The notes below the pieces were generated by a model. The model searched no databases. It was not told the origin of the DNA and saw only the letters and a list, made by a program, of their open reading frames with translations. DNA of 62,886 nt, filler included, from Choristocarpus tenellus KU-1152 (Eukaryota > Protista > Phaeophyceae): the NCBI GenBank assembly GCA_964200185.2. It is 10 parts of 10 records of this genome, joined end to end, with 100 filler letters (N's around TTAATTAATTAA, not from the genome) between each part and the next. Parts side by side here need not be neighbours in the genome. Positions count along the whole stretch, not along the records: positions 24,981 to 31,590 come from CAXNAD020007758.1; positions 31,691 to 35,110 come from CAXNAD020020156.1; positions 35,211 to 39,178 come from CAXNAD020016869.1; 7 more parts are not named here. The stretch is one strand, 5' to 3'. Within the stretch, counting starts at the first letter, position 1; each line of letters begins with the position of its first letter. Positions 25,371 through 38,480 of this stretch are shown here, one piece after another. The translations under genes and the position numbers were made by a program.

Positions 25371-26035
25371 CATCCAGCCTTCTCGTATTGAATTTTCTTT
25401 ATGAGTCCATTCCATGACTGATGAAGAACTCGTATTAATACGAGTTCTTGGATGATGCCCTTTGGAGGGAAATGAAGACACCAGCCAACCTTCTCACGTT
25501 GATTTTCTTGAGCCGTGGATTCCACAAATATTTCATAATTCGTATCTCCACATCCAACCCTGGGCCATTAACAGCAGATTTCAAAAATTGAGGATGGAGC
25601 TTTTCATTGAGGATGGGCTTGACCCAAAATTGACTAGGAGAAAGTGTCGGTATGTTTTTTATAATTATTAGATTTAATGAAAAGCTCCATCCTCAATTTT
25701 TGAAATCTGCTGTTCATTGACAAAACTTCTGTACTTGATCGCGAAGGAAACTAACGCGGGTCATATTCGGACGTGGCAACAAACCTTTGGGGGTGGTTTT
25801 TTTCTCCAAACATTATCGGACTGATATATTCTCAATTGCGTCCAGTCTCTTCGATCAAAACTATAACTAATTATTGCGTTAAAATATTTGCAGTTTTGAA
25901 CCCTAACGAATACACCGTCCAACCTTCTCGCGTTGAATTTTCTTTATGAGTCCCATTCCACGACTGTTGAAGAACTCGTACTAATACGAGTTCTTGGATG
26001 ATGCCCTTTGGAGGGAAATGAAGACACCATCCAAC
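25371..26035 (+). repeat. Two ~120-bp direct repeats, each containing a hairpin
   Basis: Copies at 25371-25490 and 25916-26035; each holds AAGAACTCGTA-loop-TACGAGTTCTT. Confidence 0.8.
25570..25714. mobile_element. MITE family C (long TIR starting AACAGCAGATTTCAAAAATTGAGGAT), 4-bp TSD CATT
   Basis: ~39-bp perfect TIR; CATT at 25566-25569 and 25715-25718. Confidence 0.9.
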
Positions 26036-26442
26036 TTTGGGCCTTGAAAAATTCTGTAGTAGATCGCCAAGGAAACAAACGCAAGTTATTCAAGCGTGGA
26101 AAAACACTTAGGGGGTTGAATTCACTCCCAGATTTCTCCAACTCATATGTTTTCGATTGGCTCCATGTAGTTCGATGTTAAATGAAAACATTTACGACCT
26201 CAAAATATTTCTACTTCCCCACCCAAAGGAAAACAACGTCCAACTCGGGCCGTTGAGATTAATGGTACTTATATCGTGAAGGAAACCAACACGGAACATC
26301 CGAGTCTGTCTAAAAACCGGGGGGGGGGGGGGGGGAGGGGGGGGAGGTGCTGTTGATGTTGCCAGACTGAATGGCTGGCGCTGTATGCAATTGGGCCNNN
26401 NNNNNNNAAAAGACAAAGCGGAGACGAGCGGTAGGAACGAGG

Positions 26443-26474
<32 letters not shown>

Positions 26475-26899
26475 AAGGGGTGAATGTACTGATGATGTTG
26501 ACAGTATGAATGTCTAGAGCTCTATGCAATTGAGACATCAAACCGTCCATCTGAATTGGTGAAGGGATAGAAATCTCTCTGATCGGATTTTGCTTGGGCT
26601 CCATGCCTTCTAGATGCTGAGGGAGGGAGCCAATCATTCCGTCTGTTGCGTATGTGTGTAATTGTGTATGTTTGTGCGTGTGTGATCAGAGATGAAACCA
26701 CTGAACGCACACGGTACTGTGAAATAGCTCTTCCTCAGATAATGTGCTTCTTCCTTTTACATATACTCCAAACATTATATAACAAAACTGATATGTTTTC
26801 GAATGATGATTCCACTTTGTTCTACATTCCATGCTAAAATAATTCCTCGTTCGACACACACCATTCACATGTACATACCCACCTCATTATTTCGTCTAT

Positions 26900-29800
26900 G
26901 AAACCTCATGTACATGCCCAATCGCCTGTAACCCCTGTCCCACCAGAAAGAGAGGAGTTAGCAGACCTTCCAATCCAAGTTTCCTGCGCAGTTGGAAGAA
27001 GAACAAGATGGATGCTGTACTAAGAATTCTTTCCTCCTTGCTTGTGGAACGAACAGGGAAACGAAGGGGGGGAAGGTCAAAGGTATACATGACACAATAT
27101 TGCCACATGGGGTTCTTGGATGAGAAACAAAAATTTGCTCCATTGGCAGAGGCCCTGTAGGATGTATTCTCTAGGCAGAAAACGGCCTCATCAACAGACC
27201 ATCAGGTCATTACCTTTGTCAATGCCATCAAGGACGACCTGAACACGGAGCACACCTGTCAAATATATACAACTCTGTCCTCGCGGGCATTGCACCGGAC
27301 GTGTGCCTCCTAGAAGATGGGATCACCACAACGTACGAACCGACCCTATCCAAGCAAGCGAAGAGATTCAAGATCAAGAAAGAAACTCTAAGGTCTTTCG
27401 CGCACAAGAGGACTCTCTTCCTACAGGATCATGTTAATCGAGTGGGGGAGAGACGGGAACCAGCCATTCTTTCGCCAACCTATGACACTACCCCCCTCGG
27501 GATCTGCACCTGGCACCCACAGCCTAACAAGTCAAGACGAACAGGGGGTCTCAACAACAAGCACCCGGTCCACATCGCCTCCTCCCAGGTGAAACATGTT
27601 TTGTCTGCGATTATATGTTAGCCCACTACGAATTCCGTATGACCTCCATCCCGAACTTTGGGCAGGCCAGTTTACCTATTTCCAACAACGACGCATCCCC
27701 CTTGTACACATGTGCCCCTCGTGTACACATGAACTTGAACAGGCCCAGGATATTTGACACAAAGCGAGACAATTCCTCCTGCCTGTTCGAGAATAAGCAT
27801 CCGGAAACACACCTCCTTGGCCTGAATGTATGGGAGACCAACAGCAAGCCCATGCCCTACGATACAATCTGGAAACATGATGACACTGCGGGCATGCACT
27901 ATCTGGACCCCCGCACCAACAAGAGAGTCTGTCATCCAAACGCTCGCTGCCAAGAACACGCTCAGAGGTATTGTCGTCTAAAAGAGTACAGAGGGTGTGT
28001 TCGCCGCTTCTTCTTTTCGCATGCTCCAGACCGACAAGGCATCCCACGCCTCAAACATTAAACTGTCGTCTCCTCCATTCTCTCCCCTCCTCTCGAACAA
28101 TTACGGAACCCAGATCGGGACAGATAAGGAGGTGTATGAGATATTCAAGGAGAGGTTAGAGGTCCAGGATTGAATGGAGGAATACCTTGTCGAAGCACCT
28201 TCATCGAGTGGAGACCCTTTTACGTCACCAAGGCCACCATGAGGTAATAGAAAAATCATACATTGCCACCCCCTTGCATGACACAGAATAAACCCTGGCA
28301 CAGTCGACACCACCACCACCAAACAACTACAATGTAATTCATGGGTTGCCTCCACAACGAAATATGCTACCCATCCTAACCCCCTACACACCCTCACATC
28401 GTTCAACTGCCATGCAGGTCCTGTGTTTGTGCGCATCACCTGTTAACAGAAAGTCTTATCACATGCTTGAGGAACAACTGGGAGAAAGCACACAAAGACA
28501 TGATGCAAGAGGGAGACAAGGCGACATGCTCATGTGACTGTGACTTCTGTCGAAATGGAGATGTGTGCCACTCTGTAGAGGTTCAGACTGCCCTCGAGAA
28601 TCCTTCGAACATGATGAAGTTTATATTGTGAGTCGACTCAATCCACTCTCTACTGTACAAAGATTCCCTACTCCCTCTGCACATCCCCTTCTGTACTCCA
28701 CTATTCCTTATAGCATTTCTTTGCCTTTTCGTATTCATTTACATCCCTGGTCTCATCACGAACACGCGGCTACCAAACACATCAACCGCTACACCCATTA
28801 CACTTGTCCTCCCCACCCAGATACAAGAGGGCGAATCTCGAGGGGGTTGGAACAGAGACTGTGGGTGAGGAGGGAGGATACGCGACCTCTTGCATTAATA
28901 GCACATGCGATACATGCAAATGGAAGGAGCACCCCCATCTGGAAATGTCCCTGCATGGTCGAATGTCACTCCATTATTGTAACCTAGAACGAGTTCATCA
29001 CTGCATACACCCCTATTGTGGAGAGCGAACTTGAAGGAATGTCGCATAACAACATCAAGGTGAACACGGGCCCTGTATGGTTGTAAACAAGGTCGCAATC
29101 CTGCATGCACAGTTTCCAGGACTCGATTTACAAAAGCCCTTCTTTCTTAGAGAAACAGGCCACACCCACACAGGTGCCCACTCCATGAACTCATCCCTCC
29201 CTTCATTCTTTGCCCATGTTCTTCCTTTCCTCTGCAGGCTCTCTCGAATCGACTAACTCTACATGCACCCAGAGGGGCCACAAAGCAGGAGATGATTGAT
29301 AGGATAAAGGAAAAGTATGCAGAGTACAGGGCAAAGGATCTTATGTCTGACGATTTCATCGCAGCCAGCCGCATGCCAGGGGATACCTTTCCGCACAGTG
29401 AAGATCTTGATGAGGATGACAACATCCCAACGACCAGAACCAACAAGCACAAGAAGAAGCGCAAGGTGATGACTCCATAATCCCCACAAGTATCCAAAAG
29501 AAGATCATACCACACTCACTGCAAACAAGGCTCTGTATTGTTGCTGATCACTAATGTGTCATGGGTCCCTTCTTACAGGTTCTACTCCCGAGGACAGAGA
29601 CGTTTCCAACACTTGTTGGAGTCATCCTCAAAAACTTTGACAAGAACTTCTTCCTACATCACAACACCAGCGGTTGGCAGGCCCGCCACTACAAGCAATC
29701 CATAGCCCGTCTACGTGCCGGGCAGGCTGTACTCGTGGTAGACTTCCAATCCCAATACAGTCACGGTCACCAGGACTTGACCCAACAGGAGTTCTTCAAC

Positions 29801-30784
29801 GTTTTCCTGACTGCAATGTTCCCCGCTGCCGTGTGGATGAGGGACTTCAAGAGAGGAGGCCTCGGGGGGGGACGGACGTGGGCGCACAGCCTTGTGTTCT
29901 TAAGTCAAGACACCAGCCAGGACAATGAGTTTATGCAGCACGTTCTAGAGAAGCTCATCAACGAGTTCTTGAAGCCCATGGCTCAGGAGTATGGACAGGA
30001 GCTGCGGGTCCTCCACATCTGGACCGACAGATGTGGAAGCCAGTTCAAGAACAGGTGGCAGATGGAGTGGGTCTCGAAGGCCTTTGGAAGGCACAGGATC
30101 GCAGTCATCCACAATTTCTTTGCTTCGTGTCATGGGAAGTCCCTTGTCAGATGTGATTGGGGCTGTGGTTAAGTCCAATGCCAGGCTGCTTGAGCGCAAT
30201 GGAGTGAGGATGCCGGGCACATCATGCTTGGTGGAGACGCTCAGAGCTTCCTCAACAGATTTCTGCTTGACCTTGCCAACGGCAGAGGAAGGGGAGCATT
30301 TGCGGAAGGAGTCCAAGGTTCCTCCGGCGCATGCTGTTGCTGCGAAGGTCAGTACCTTGTAAAAGTATCTAACCCTCTAACCTCCTGTGTCTAGACCCCT
30401 CCACCCTAGGCCAAAATCCAATTGGTTTGTTTGGTGTAAAGCATTCACATTCGAGTACTACTGTATTTTCTAATTCATGACATATCATCATTTTCTCTTT
30501 AGATTTTACTCCTAAATTTACCATGACTTGAATCATAGATTGGATCAAGTGTTGAATTATCACACACCCATGTGGCTGCCTATGCACAGGTGTGGACTGA
30601 CAAGCATGGCACGAAGCACAGGGAGGTACGAGCAATGCTTCTCGCGCCAAACACGCTCAGGAAGCAGACCATTGTTCATGTTCCCCCGCAAGAAGTGAAC
30701 CACATCGGACGACACGACCCACGCGTACCCCTCATTCCAGGCATCAAGTCCATGCACAGATTTCATACTGCCTGGCTGTTGTGA
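26900..30784 (+). mobile_element. Intron-containing Sola2-like DDD transposase pseudogene
   Basis: Spliced pieces read STFIEWRPFYVTK | SCVCAHH...CSCDCDFC | CINSTCDTC | VVDFQSQYSHGHQDLTQQEFF...FLSQDTSQD...HIWTDRCGSQFKNRW...HNFFASCHGKS, a +1 frameshift at ~30143, then LSDVIGAVVK | IPGIKSMHRF. This matches the DF.ENY..Q / SD...HD / SDG.A.QFKN / HGKG..DG.GG.VK motif series of Sola2-type transposases. In-frame stop near 28172. The 5' boundary is approximate. Confidence 0.75.
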
Positions 30785-30980
30785 TGTCGTCGTCAGGGGG
30801 AGAGTTTACGATGTGGATGTTAATGATGAAGAAAGACTTGTGTACTCTATTGGATTTGAGGCCGGACATCGACACCGGTCCTTGCCCCTTGGGCTACAAC
30901 CCCACATGCTGGAGGAAGAGGTCAACGAGGGCGTCCAACTTCTGAGAGAGAAGGGGAACAGGGAGCGCGAAACACTCGAA

Positions 30981-31568
30981 GCTCAACGCAAAGAGCGGAA
31001 AGAAGGTGACGCAGACGGATGGAAAATGAGAGGAGAACGGGAAAGTACATCCTCGAACAACCTAGGTTGGAGGTTGTTCTCATTCTGGAAGAGACTACCC
31101 TTCTTCGTGGCACCGAGGGCAGGGGTTTGTACTTCCGAGATGAAGAGCGGTGGATGAGAGGTACTATGTCGAGACACCAACACGGGTATGTGGTTGACCA
31201 TGGACAAGGGCCAGTCAGTTACCCTTACGAGGTCAGATGGGATGACGGCCAGGTGCGGAACGTCCAGCTTTTGTCTGAAAGATATGGCTCAACGCAAAGA
31301 GCGGAAAGAAAGGCGATGCAGACGGATGGAAAATGAGAGGAGAACAGGAAAGTACATCCTCGAACAACCTAGGTTGGAGATTGCTCTCATTCTGGAAGAG
31401 ACTACCCTTCTTCGTGGTGCCGAGGGCAGGGGTTTGTACTTCCGAGATGAAGAGCGGTGGATGAGAGGCACTGTGTCGAGATACCAACACGGGTATGTGG
31501 TTGACCATGGACGAGGGCCAGTCAGTTACCCTTACAAGGTCAGATGGGATGACCGCCAGGTGCGGAAG
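30981..31568 (+). repeat. Tandem duplication of a ~306-bp unit encoding a Tudor-like module
   Basis: Units start at 30981 and 31287 and encode GRGLYFRDEERWMRGT(M/V)SR..HG....YPY(E/K)VRWDD.QVR.VQ. The second unit is truncated by a family-B MITE end and the contig break. Confidence 0.75.
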
Positions 31569-32104
31569 GTTCAAAGTATCTTGGGGGGGGNNNNNNNNNN
31601 NNNNNNNNNNNNNNNNNNNNNNNNNNNNNNNNNNTTAATTAATTAANNNNNNNNNNNNNNNNNNNNNNNNNNNNNNNNNNNNNNNNNNNNGTGCTAAGTG
31701 GAGTTGGAGGCGATGTAGAACATCAAGGCCAATAGAAAACGCCCAAGTGTAAGGGTACCCCAGCATGGGGCGCATTTACTAGCCCAGCAGCCTCCCATAC
31801 CTCCCGAATCTTTGCATAACTCTAGAGACTGTGGCAAAAAGTAGGTTCGGTGGTGGATGGGAATGATGCGAACCTTGTTGATAATAATGTCTGACTCAGT
31901 TCTTAATGACTGTCGAGACAACGGAGTGACTCATTCTGCATCCTCCCGTGTCTGACACAGTTCTTAATGAGTGCCAAGACACAAAGTGACTCATTCTGTA
32001 TCCTACAGTTCTGTGGCATGGCCGGGTGTAGTGGCTGCACTAGTTAGGTGATCAATGGGACAGTGTTCAACATCTGTGACAAAGGAATAGCTTAGCTCAC
32101 TCAC

Positions 32105-33480
32105 CCAGGTCCCCGCTGTCTCCACTCCATGTGCTCCGTACTCCCTTTTGGATTCCCACTATCTTGATGAACGCATTGAAGTCTTAATGGCAGGAGAAGC
32201 AGAGGATCAAGGGAGAGATATGAGATTTATTTTCTTGCTTGCTGCTTTTTGCTACCACATATTCGTAGGCAAAAAATCTAGAAAAAATTATTAAACCCAT
32301 ATGATTGTTTGCCCAGTCACTGCTATTCAGAAAGACCAAAAGTCACATGAAGTCTTACTCAATCAAGGTTAGGAAGATCACAATGAAAACGGAAAAGTGG
32401 GTTGGTCTGTCCATCTCATCAAATCCTCCAGTTTTCTGTGGTATTCTCTATATTAGTGAGAATGCTTGAAGCACTCTTGAAGTCTCAGCTTATTGTGTTA
32501 GAGGTCAATGTTTGCTCGTAGTCATGGACAAGGCCTAAGCAAGTGGATCAATATATATGAAGTCGTTATTGCCTGTCAGAGTAAATTTTCGTCGCAATTC
32601 CTCCATAAGAGATTCGCTCGCGATAAGAGATTTGTTTGGCCAGCCTGTTGATGCACCTCTCACCTATAACGCCTGTCATCTCTCGGTCTACGCTGCTGAC
32701 CACCTCAAAGAACTCTTTGTCAGTTGGGTTTTGCCCCAATTCTGTGATAGGGAAGCAGCAGTAATACGAATAAGGTTTGTATTGACATCTTTTGGGGGGA
32801 AGTTTGCCATTCTGGGATCACTATTGTCCGAATAGTTGTCTAATCACTACGACAGTTGAACGCTGTATTGATGGAAATCTTACTGAATTGATTCAATGCG
32901 AGTAGCGACTTTAGATATGTCAGACAGTCCATCAAAAGACGTTTGGGGATGAATTAGTGCGCTCCATCCGCGCCAACGAGACAAAGTACTCGCAACGCGA
33001 AATGGTTGCAAAGTAAGAGGTGAGCGAAGGGAAGGTGCGCAAGTAATAGCATCACCAAGCGTTAGGTTGAACTATATTGCACGCTTGGGAGACAGGGAGA
33101 GGTTTGACTCTTGAGCAAAATCTCTAGCCTTCCTAGGACTCCTAATTATACATTTGAGGGACGATCCAGATCCTTCGATGTGGACCGAGCAACCACTCAG
33201 ATTCCTGGGTCTGGTCTTCCCCATACCGTTCACCTTACATATCCGTGCTGCACAAGAGACTACAAGGGACATGAACACTATTACAAAACTAACAATTGGA
33301 CAGCAATCACCCTTGAGTCCAACCCCCCCCTCAAATCATTGGGCCTTCAACGATCTCCCCCTCCGAACCTTGAAGTACGACGCGGAGCTCCCACACATCA
33401 ATTTGTCCCTTCTTCTCCACATCCACTTCACGAAATGCTTCCTGGCAAGCATCGATTTCCTCCTGAGAAAGAGATATCAT
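32105..33480 (-). CDS. Calmodulin-like EF-hand protein (possibly related to the outer-arm dynein 18-kDa light chain), first three exons, 3'-truncated
   Basis: Exons 33480-33369, 32741-32664, 32182-32105, all phase 1 GT-AG: MISLSQEEIDACQEAFREVDMEKKGQIDVWELRVVLQ-ELGQNPTDKEFFEVVSSVDREMTGVI-DFNAFIKIVGIQK. Absent from the ORF track. Confidence 0.85.
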
Positions 33481-35210
33481 TCTTCCAGTCCAGACCAGTC
33501 CTCTACGTCTCCTTCCTTGGTTGGAAACGTTATGGACGCATGCGAAATAGGCTGTACGCGAATTGGGTCAACCTTCCAGAGTCTTAGTGGAGGTTTGATG
33601 GACTTCAAAAAATTGGAGTCCGGGGTAACTTTGAACCGAAACAAGTATACGCGCGTTCAAGTATATTTACCAAACGCGCGCACAATATATGATGTCATCC
33701 TCAAATTACAAAGTTGAACCTAAACACCCACTAAACAATACATCTTCACAACTCAGATCCATCTCACTCCCTTACCCCATATACACATTGTTTCCATATT
33801 AAACCATAACCAACACTCATTTCATTAAACCATACATCTCCACAACTCAGATCTATCTCACCCCCTTATCCCTTACACATTGTTTCCATATCAAGGGAGG
33901 ACCAAGCCACCTAATTGTTCTTGACTGACTCCAATATACTACACAAGATTAAAACAATCAAAATTGGACGAGATTTCGTGCTGATTGTTCATTTCTGTTG
34001 TTCCACCCTCTATTATTACAGATATGCAGACTCTAGCATTTCCTTGCATTTCTCACCTCACTATTATACCACATTTCTAGTTTTGTTTTCAATTTCAGAA
34101 GTATTATATATGTAAGTAGTGTAGAGTTTGATAGATCCTTCCTCAATTATTGCATTAAAAGTGTAAAGGAAAGAAGATTCATCATCACTACTGGGAACAA
34201 ACTACTCTCAGGTAGCTGTAACGGGTACTATTAAAGAGTAGTATTCCTCCTGCTGGTGCAGGCAGTTTTGTTGGTAAGTGAGGGTAACTAACTGTGGAAA
34301 GAATGCACTACTACTACTACTACAGGAGTATGCATGTTGTACTTGGGTTGGATCACCATTATTGACGATGATGGATAGGTTCCATCACCAACATACACAC
34401 ATATACATCCAACATAGATATGCATCCAACATAAATTGAGATAGACAAAGATTCGAGAAACTCTCTTGAACAACCTGTATTAGTAGTATGAACGGTATAG
34501 TTTCTGAACTAGGCTGTACGAATTTGTTTTTTGGCATTGACCAACTACTGTATGTCTTGCAAATATCTATCAATAAAGACGAAATGTAAACCGATCGTAC
34601 GGTTTCACTCCCATTCCTAGCCGATCACATTGAGACTCAACTAAATTTCCATCACATCGACGTTGACACAGCTTAACAAATCACCAGTGAACTTTGCCGC
34701 AAGCTTTGGATACTACTGGCGCAGTCCGAGGTATTAAACGAAAAGACGCCGCCCCCACCCCCAAACTCTTCGGCAATCCCGTCGGAGATCCAGCCGTCAC
34801 AGCTATCAGAAGAGAACTATCACGTTAAAATATTCCACACTGGACCCGCAGCTTTGGTGCTTTGATGAAAGACGGTGAATAGCTTGGTGTAGATATGCAA
34901 AGTTCATATATTACGAGGGGCCTGTGATCTTGATTCCGCTGACTTAGAACGAGGGCAAGACCACCGCAGACTACCAATTGGGACTTCCAACGTCCACATG
35001 GATAAACAGAAAACAAACATATTTTACTTCCATACGTGCCATATGATATATCAACTGATGGTCCAATATTTTATTATTATGCCCTCTGACATTTTGCACA
35101 TGTGTCAGGGNNNNNNNNNNNNNNNNNNNNNNNNNNNNNNNNNNNNNNNNNNNNTTAATTAATTAANNNNNNNNNNNNNNNNNNNNNNNNNNNNNNNNNN
35201 NNNNNNNNNN

Positions 35211-35625
35211 AGTGCCACCCCCCACACGGGCAAGGGCAACTCAGAAACCTTGTCAGGGGCAGGGAAGACTGAGGATTAGGCTTGTGATGCAGCCACCTAA
35301 CACCCCCAACCTCAATATCATGGACCTGTACTTCTTCAGGTCTTTGAAATGCCGGGTGATGGGGGAGAAGTTTGGGTCCATCGAGGAGACGGTGAAGGTC
35401 ATTAAGAGGTGGTATGAGGAGTATGAGGAGACCACACTTGAGAGGGCTTGGCAGTACCTTTTTGCAGTGTACAATCAAGTACTTAGATACAAAGGGGGGA
35501 ATGACTTCAGTGTGGAGCGCACAGGGGTAAGGAAGAGGCAGTTGTCTGGTGATCTTGAAAACACGCCGAAGGTAGACATGGAGGCTTTTTCTGTGGCTAA
35601 TATAATTGTAATGGATGGGGAGTAA
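35211..35625 (+). mobile_element. Mariner-like (plant/oomycete DD39D-type) transposase, C-terminal fragment
   Basis: QPPNTPNLNIMDLYFFRSL resembles the QPPNSPDLNVLDLGFF motif; downstream YKGGNDF; cut by the contig start. Confidence 0.85.
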
Positions 35626-35895
35626 TAATAATAAAAAGAGCTGCGCATAACCAGAAATGCATCAAGGATTCCAAATCTTCTTTCAGAAATGGATTTCATC
35701 ATCTTCAAAAGTCATGGACAACGCGGCACAGGCTTATGGCGCGGAGGTAGTAGAAGGGAGCATGGTTGGTAGGTATGACCGTGTCTAACAATACCTGCTT
35801 TGAGGAGTACATATGATTATTTTATTATTGTACTATTAGTATGATTGTAGTATCATGGCAGAGTGGAGCAAAACTTAAGAAAATCATTCGTATGA

Positions 35896-36032
35896 AACAG
35901 CAGATTTCAAAAATTGAGGATAAAATATATCATAATACAAAAAAAAACATATTGACACTTTCTCCCAGTCAATTTTGGGTCAAGCCCATCCTCAATGAAA
36001 AGCTCAATCCTCAATTTTTGAAATCTGCTGTT
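35896..36032. mobile_element. MITE family C, 4-bp TSD ATGA
   Basis: Same TIR as 25570-25714; ATGA at 35892-35895 and 36033-36036. Confidence 0.9.
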
Positions 36033-36299
36033 ATGAGGACCTCGTTTTCGGGATGAGATGGGCCTTCATTTATTGAGGGCTTTCTGGACATGCAGCGATT
36101 ATAGGGACCCCGAAACGAAATCATTATTCTTAGTACCACGCAGTAGTAAGCAGCTGTCTGAAAGAAAAGGCTACGAGAGTCCCCACACATGAGTCAGTGG
36201 TGAAGCAAGATGTCAATTATTCAAAGTCTACTGTGGCAAGGATTATAAAAGGTATACCTGTCAGTAGTATCCTACCTGTGTTGCTATACCACTAAAACA

Positions 36300-36700
36300 C
36301 CAGACCAAGAATGAGGTGGCAAGATTTCACTGCCAAAAAACACCAATTGTGGCTCCCAGTACAAGATTCAAGGGAGGAAAACAGGGTGATGAGCAGTAGT
36401 GGGATGACTATACTCATTGGGCGAGAAGCAAGGCACAGAGAGAGGCAGAACATTACGGATTGTTGTAGTGCAACAATTAGCAAGAAGGTTGGTGAGAAGC
36501 ACTGCAGTGTGTAGTGCCTCTGACCACACAAAACAGGTCGGTATAGTTCCCAGACTATATATTAATTGACAAGACATCATTAATAGTAGAGTAAAGATGC
36601 CCACACAGCAAGTCCAGCACAACATTCAAGGAAGGTGGAAAGCGAAGAGTGGTAGGATGGCTGAACCCAACGCACAAGAAGACAGGCACAAATAAGGAAG
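36300..36700 (-). mobile_element. Highly decayed Ty1/copia integrase remnant
   Basis: LGTIPTCFVWSEALHTAVLLTNLL resembles copia ..LP..LW.EA..TAVYL.NR; patchy DNA similarity to 47700-48300. Confidence 0.4.
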
Positions 36701-36849
36701 ATAAGTACAACTTTAGCACACAGAAATTCAGTGGCACATCGAATCCAATCAATCTGAAATACAACCCACTTGTTTATCACATAACAGAACGAGGTACACA
36801 AGCAACATTCAGCAGGTAGTGGTGAATGTGCATGTGCCCTAACTCTAGC

Positions 36850-38480
36850 GGCTTGTTTTGAATGACGTACACCACCAGCTAGAACAGCTTCTCTGATAAG
36901 CCACTCCTCCATAAAGTTCTTTTTCCATCAACCACACACTACTTGTACTATCTGTGTTCGTTGCCCTTCTACTCCATCCCATGGCTGTGGCCCCAAACTT
37001 CTCGAGAAAGGTCATCTTGCAGGCAAATCCCTCAGTGGTTCTTTTCACCTAGGCAGCTTCCACTTCACACCTGCAAGTTCCCAGGCATCAACGCCTCCAG
37101 GAGTCGTTTATCCCATACACATGAAACTGACCCTGTGAACAAGAGCCTCCATTTTCACTAAGCCGTCTTGATACTGTTACACCCAGCCTTCACAAAAGCA
37201 TCTTTATAGGACAAGGTGTGTTTATTGCATTCTCCATGGGATTTCCAATTAATGGAGTGTAGGAGAAATCTGTAGTGGTGAGCGACGGTTGACATAGTTC
37301 ACCTGGTGGAGTGTCCATGTGTATCACACAAAGATAAAACAAGAGTCTAGAAACGTTTGACCTGAGTCTTCCGCTCAAGTGACACGCCTGTGATTCTGTC
37401 ATACAGCACTTTACTTGGGTATTTTTGTGGAAACAGTCCCTGGCTTTTCTTCAACCCTTGACTGATCTTGGTGGTGATGTCGGCTTCATAGCCGATGGTG
37501 TCACTATTTACGTACACCAGCGCTCTTCAGAAGGTTGGTTAGGGTATAATATTATCCACTGATCAACAAACTTTTCAGTATGCTTACAGTCGTTGGTGAC
37601 CTTGTTGGGAGATCGAGGATACACGGTTTCTGTCCTCAACTCAGACACCATCATCAGGCTGAACGTCCTAGTCAAATTCACAATCACTGTCATCATCCCA
37701 GCCAGACTTCCTTGGGTCACAGATACAATGCCTGCATCATCAACATGGAGCATACACCACAGCCGTCAATCAGTTATTACCCCACTCCCTGTTGCCACTC
37801 CTCCTCTGGACCTGGTTGTTTATTGCAGCCCCCTTGATGACAACAAAGGTCTTGGGGATGACTGAGTTGAGCATTGAAATATTCTTAGTATTGCATTGAA
37901 GGTGTTGAACACAATGGGTGCAAGAACATACCCATGACAAAGGAATTGCCAGGCCTCCAACAAAATCAGTATATTCTCCACATTTCATCGTGGTGGACAC
38001 ATGCCTACACCCCAACATGAACCTACACTGCCAGGATCATTTTCTCAGGCATTCAGAATTTGGCAAGCACAGGCCACAGGAGATCACAGTCAACAGAATC
38101 ATGTACTTTGTGTAGACCAATAGAAAAACACGGTACCTTCAACAGTGAAGAAGAACAAATAAAGTTGGGAAAAATTGTACAGCCGAAGGCAATACTTTAT
38201 CATGTTTTATTTAAATCAACATTCCGAAAATAATGTCCAACAAAGCAAAAACAAAAAAGTACTAATTCTCGACACAATTAAGCACACACCATCAAGCTTC
38301 AAAAAGGTAGAAAACAGTCAAGCCTTCCCCAGTACTCAACACAGTCCAGCAAATCAATGTTGGTTGAAGGTGGGTTACCATTGCTGTGCAGCATGCATGA
38401 CAGAGCCATCCCTTGGACTGTTAGTAAACAGACAGGTGAAAAGGGCGTGTAGAGTCATTGAACAATTGTATTGACCTAAA
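36850..38480 (-). mobile_element. Degenerate non-LTR retrotransposon (LINE) reverse transcriptase region
   Basis: Colinear decayed motifs with stops and frameshifts: IGLHKVHDSVDCDLLWPVLAKF*MPEKMI (cf. DL.KAYDSVDR.LLW.VLARFGVP.KMI), MLHVDDAGIVS...MMTVIV (YADD box) and MGDKRL...CLQDDL. Confidence 0.8.

Noticed and set aside
21632-26474. Long poly-G/poly-C runs as functional G-quadruplex elements
   Set aside because: They mostly sit in MITE subtermini or next to gaps and contig ends, where homopolymer length is unreliable.
33111-33717. 158-aa and 187-aa + strand ORFs
   Set aside because: No recognisable motifs; they overlap exon 1, intron 1 and the upstream region of the minus-strand EF-hand gene.
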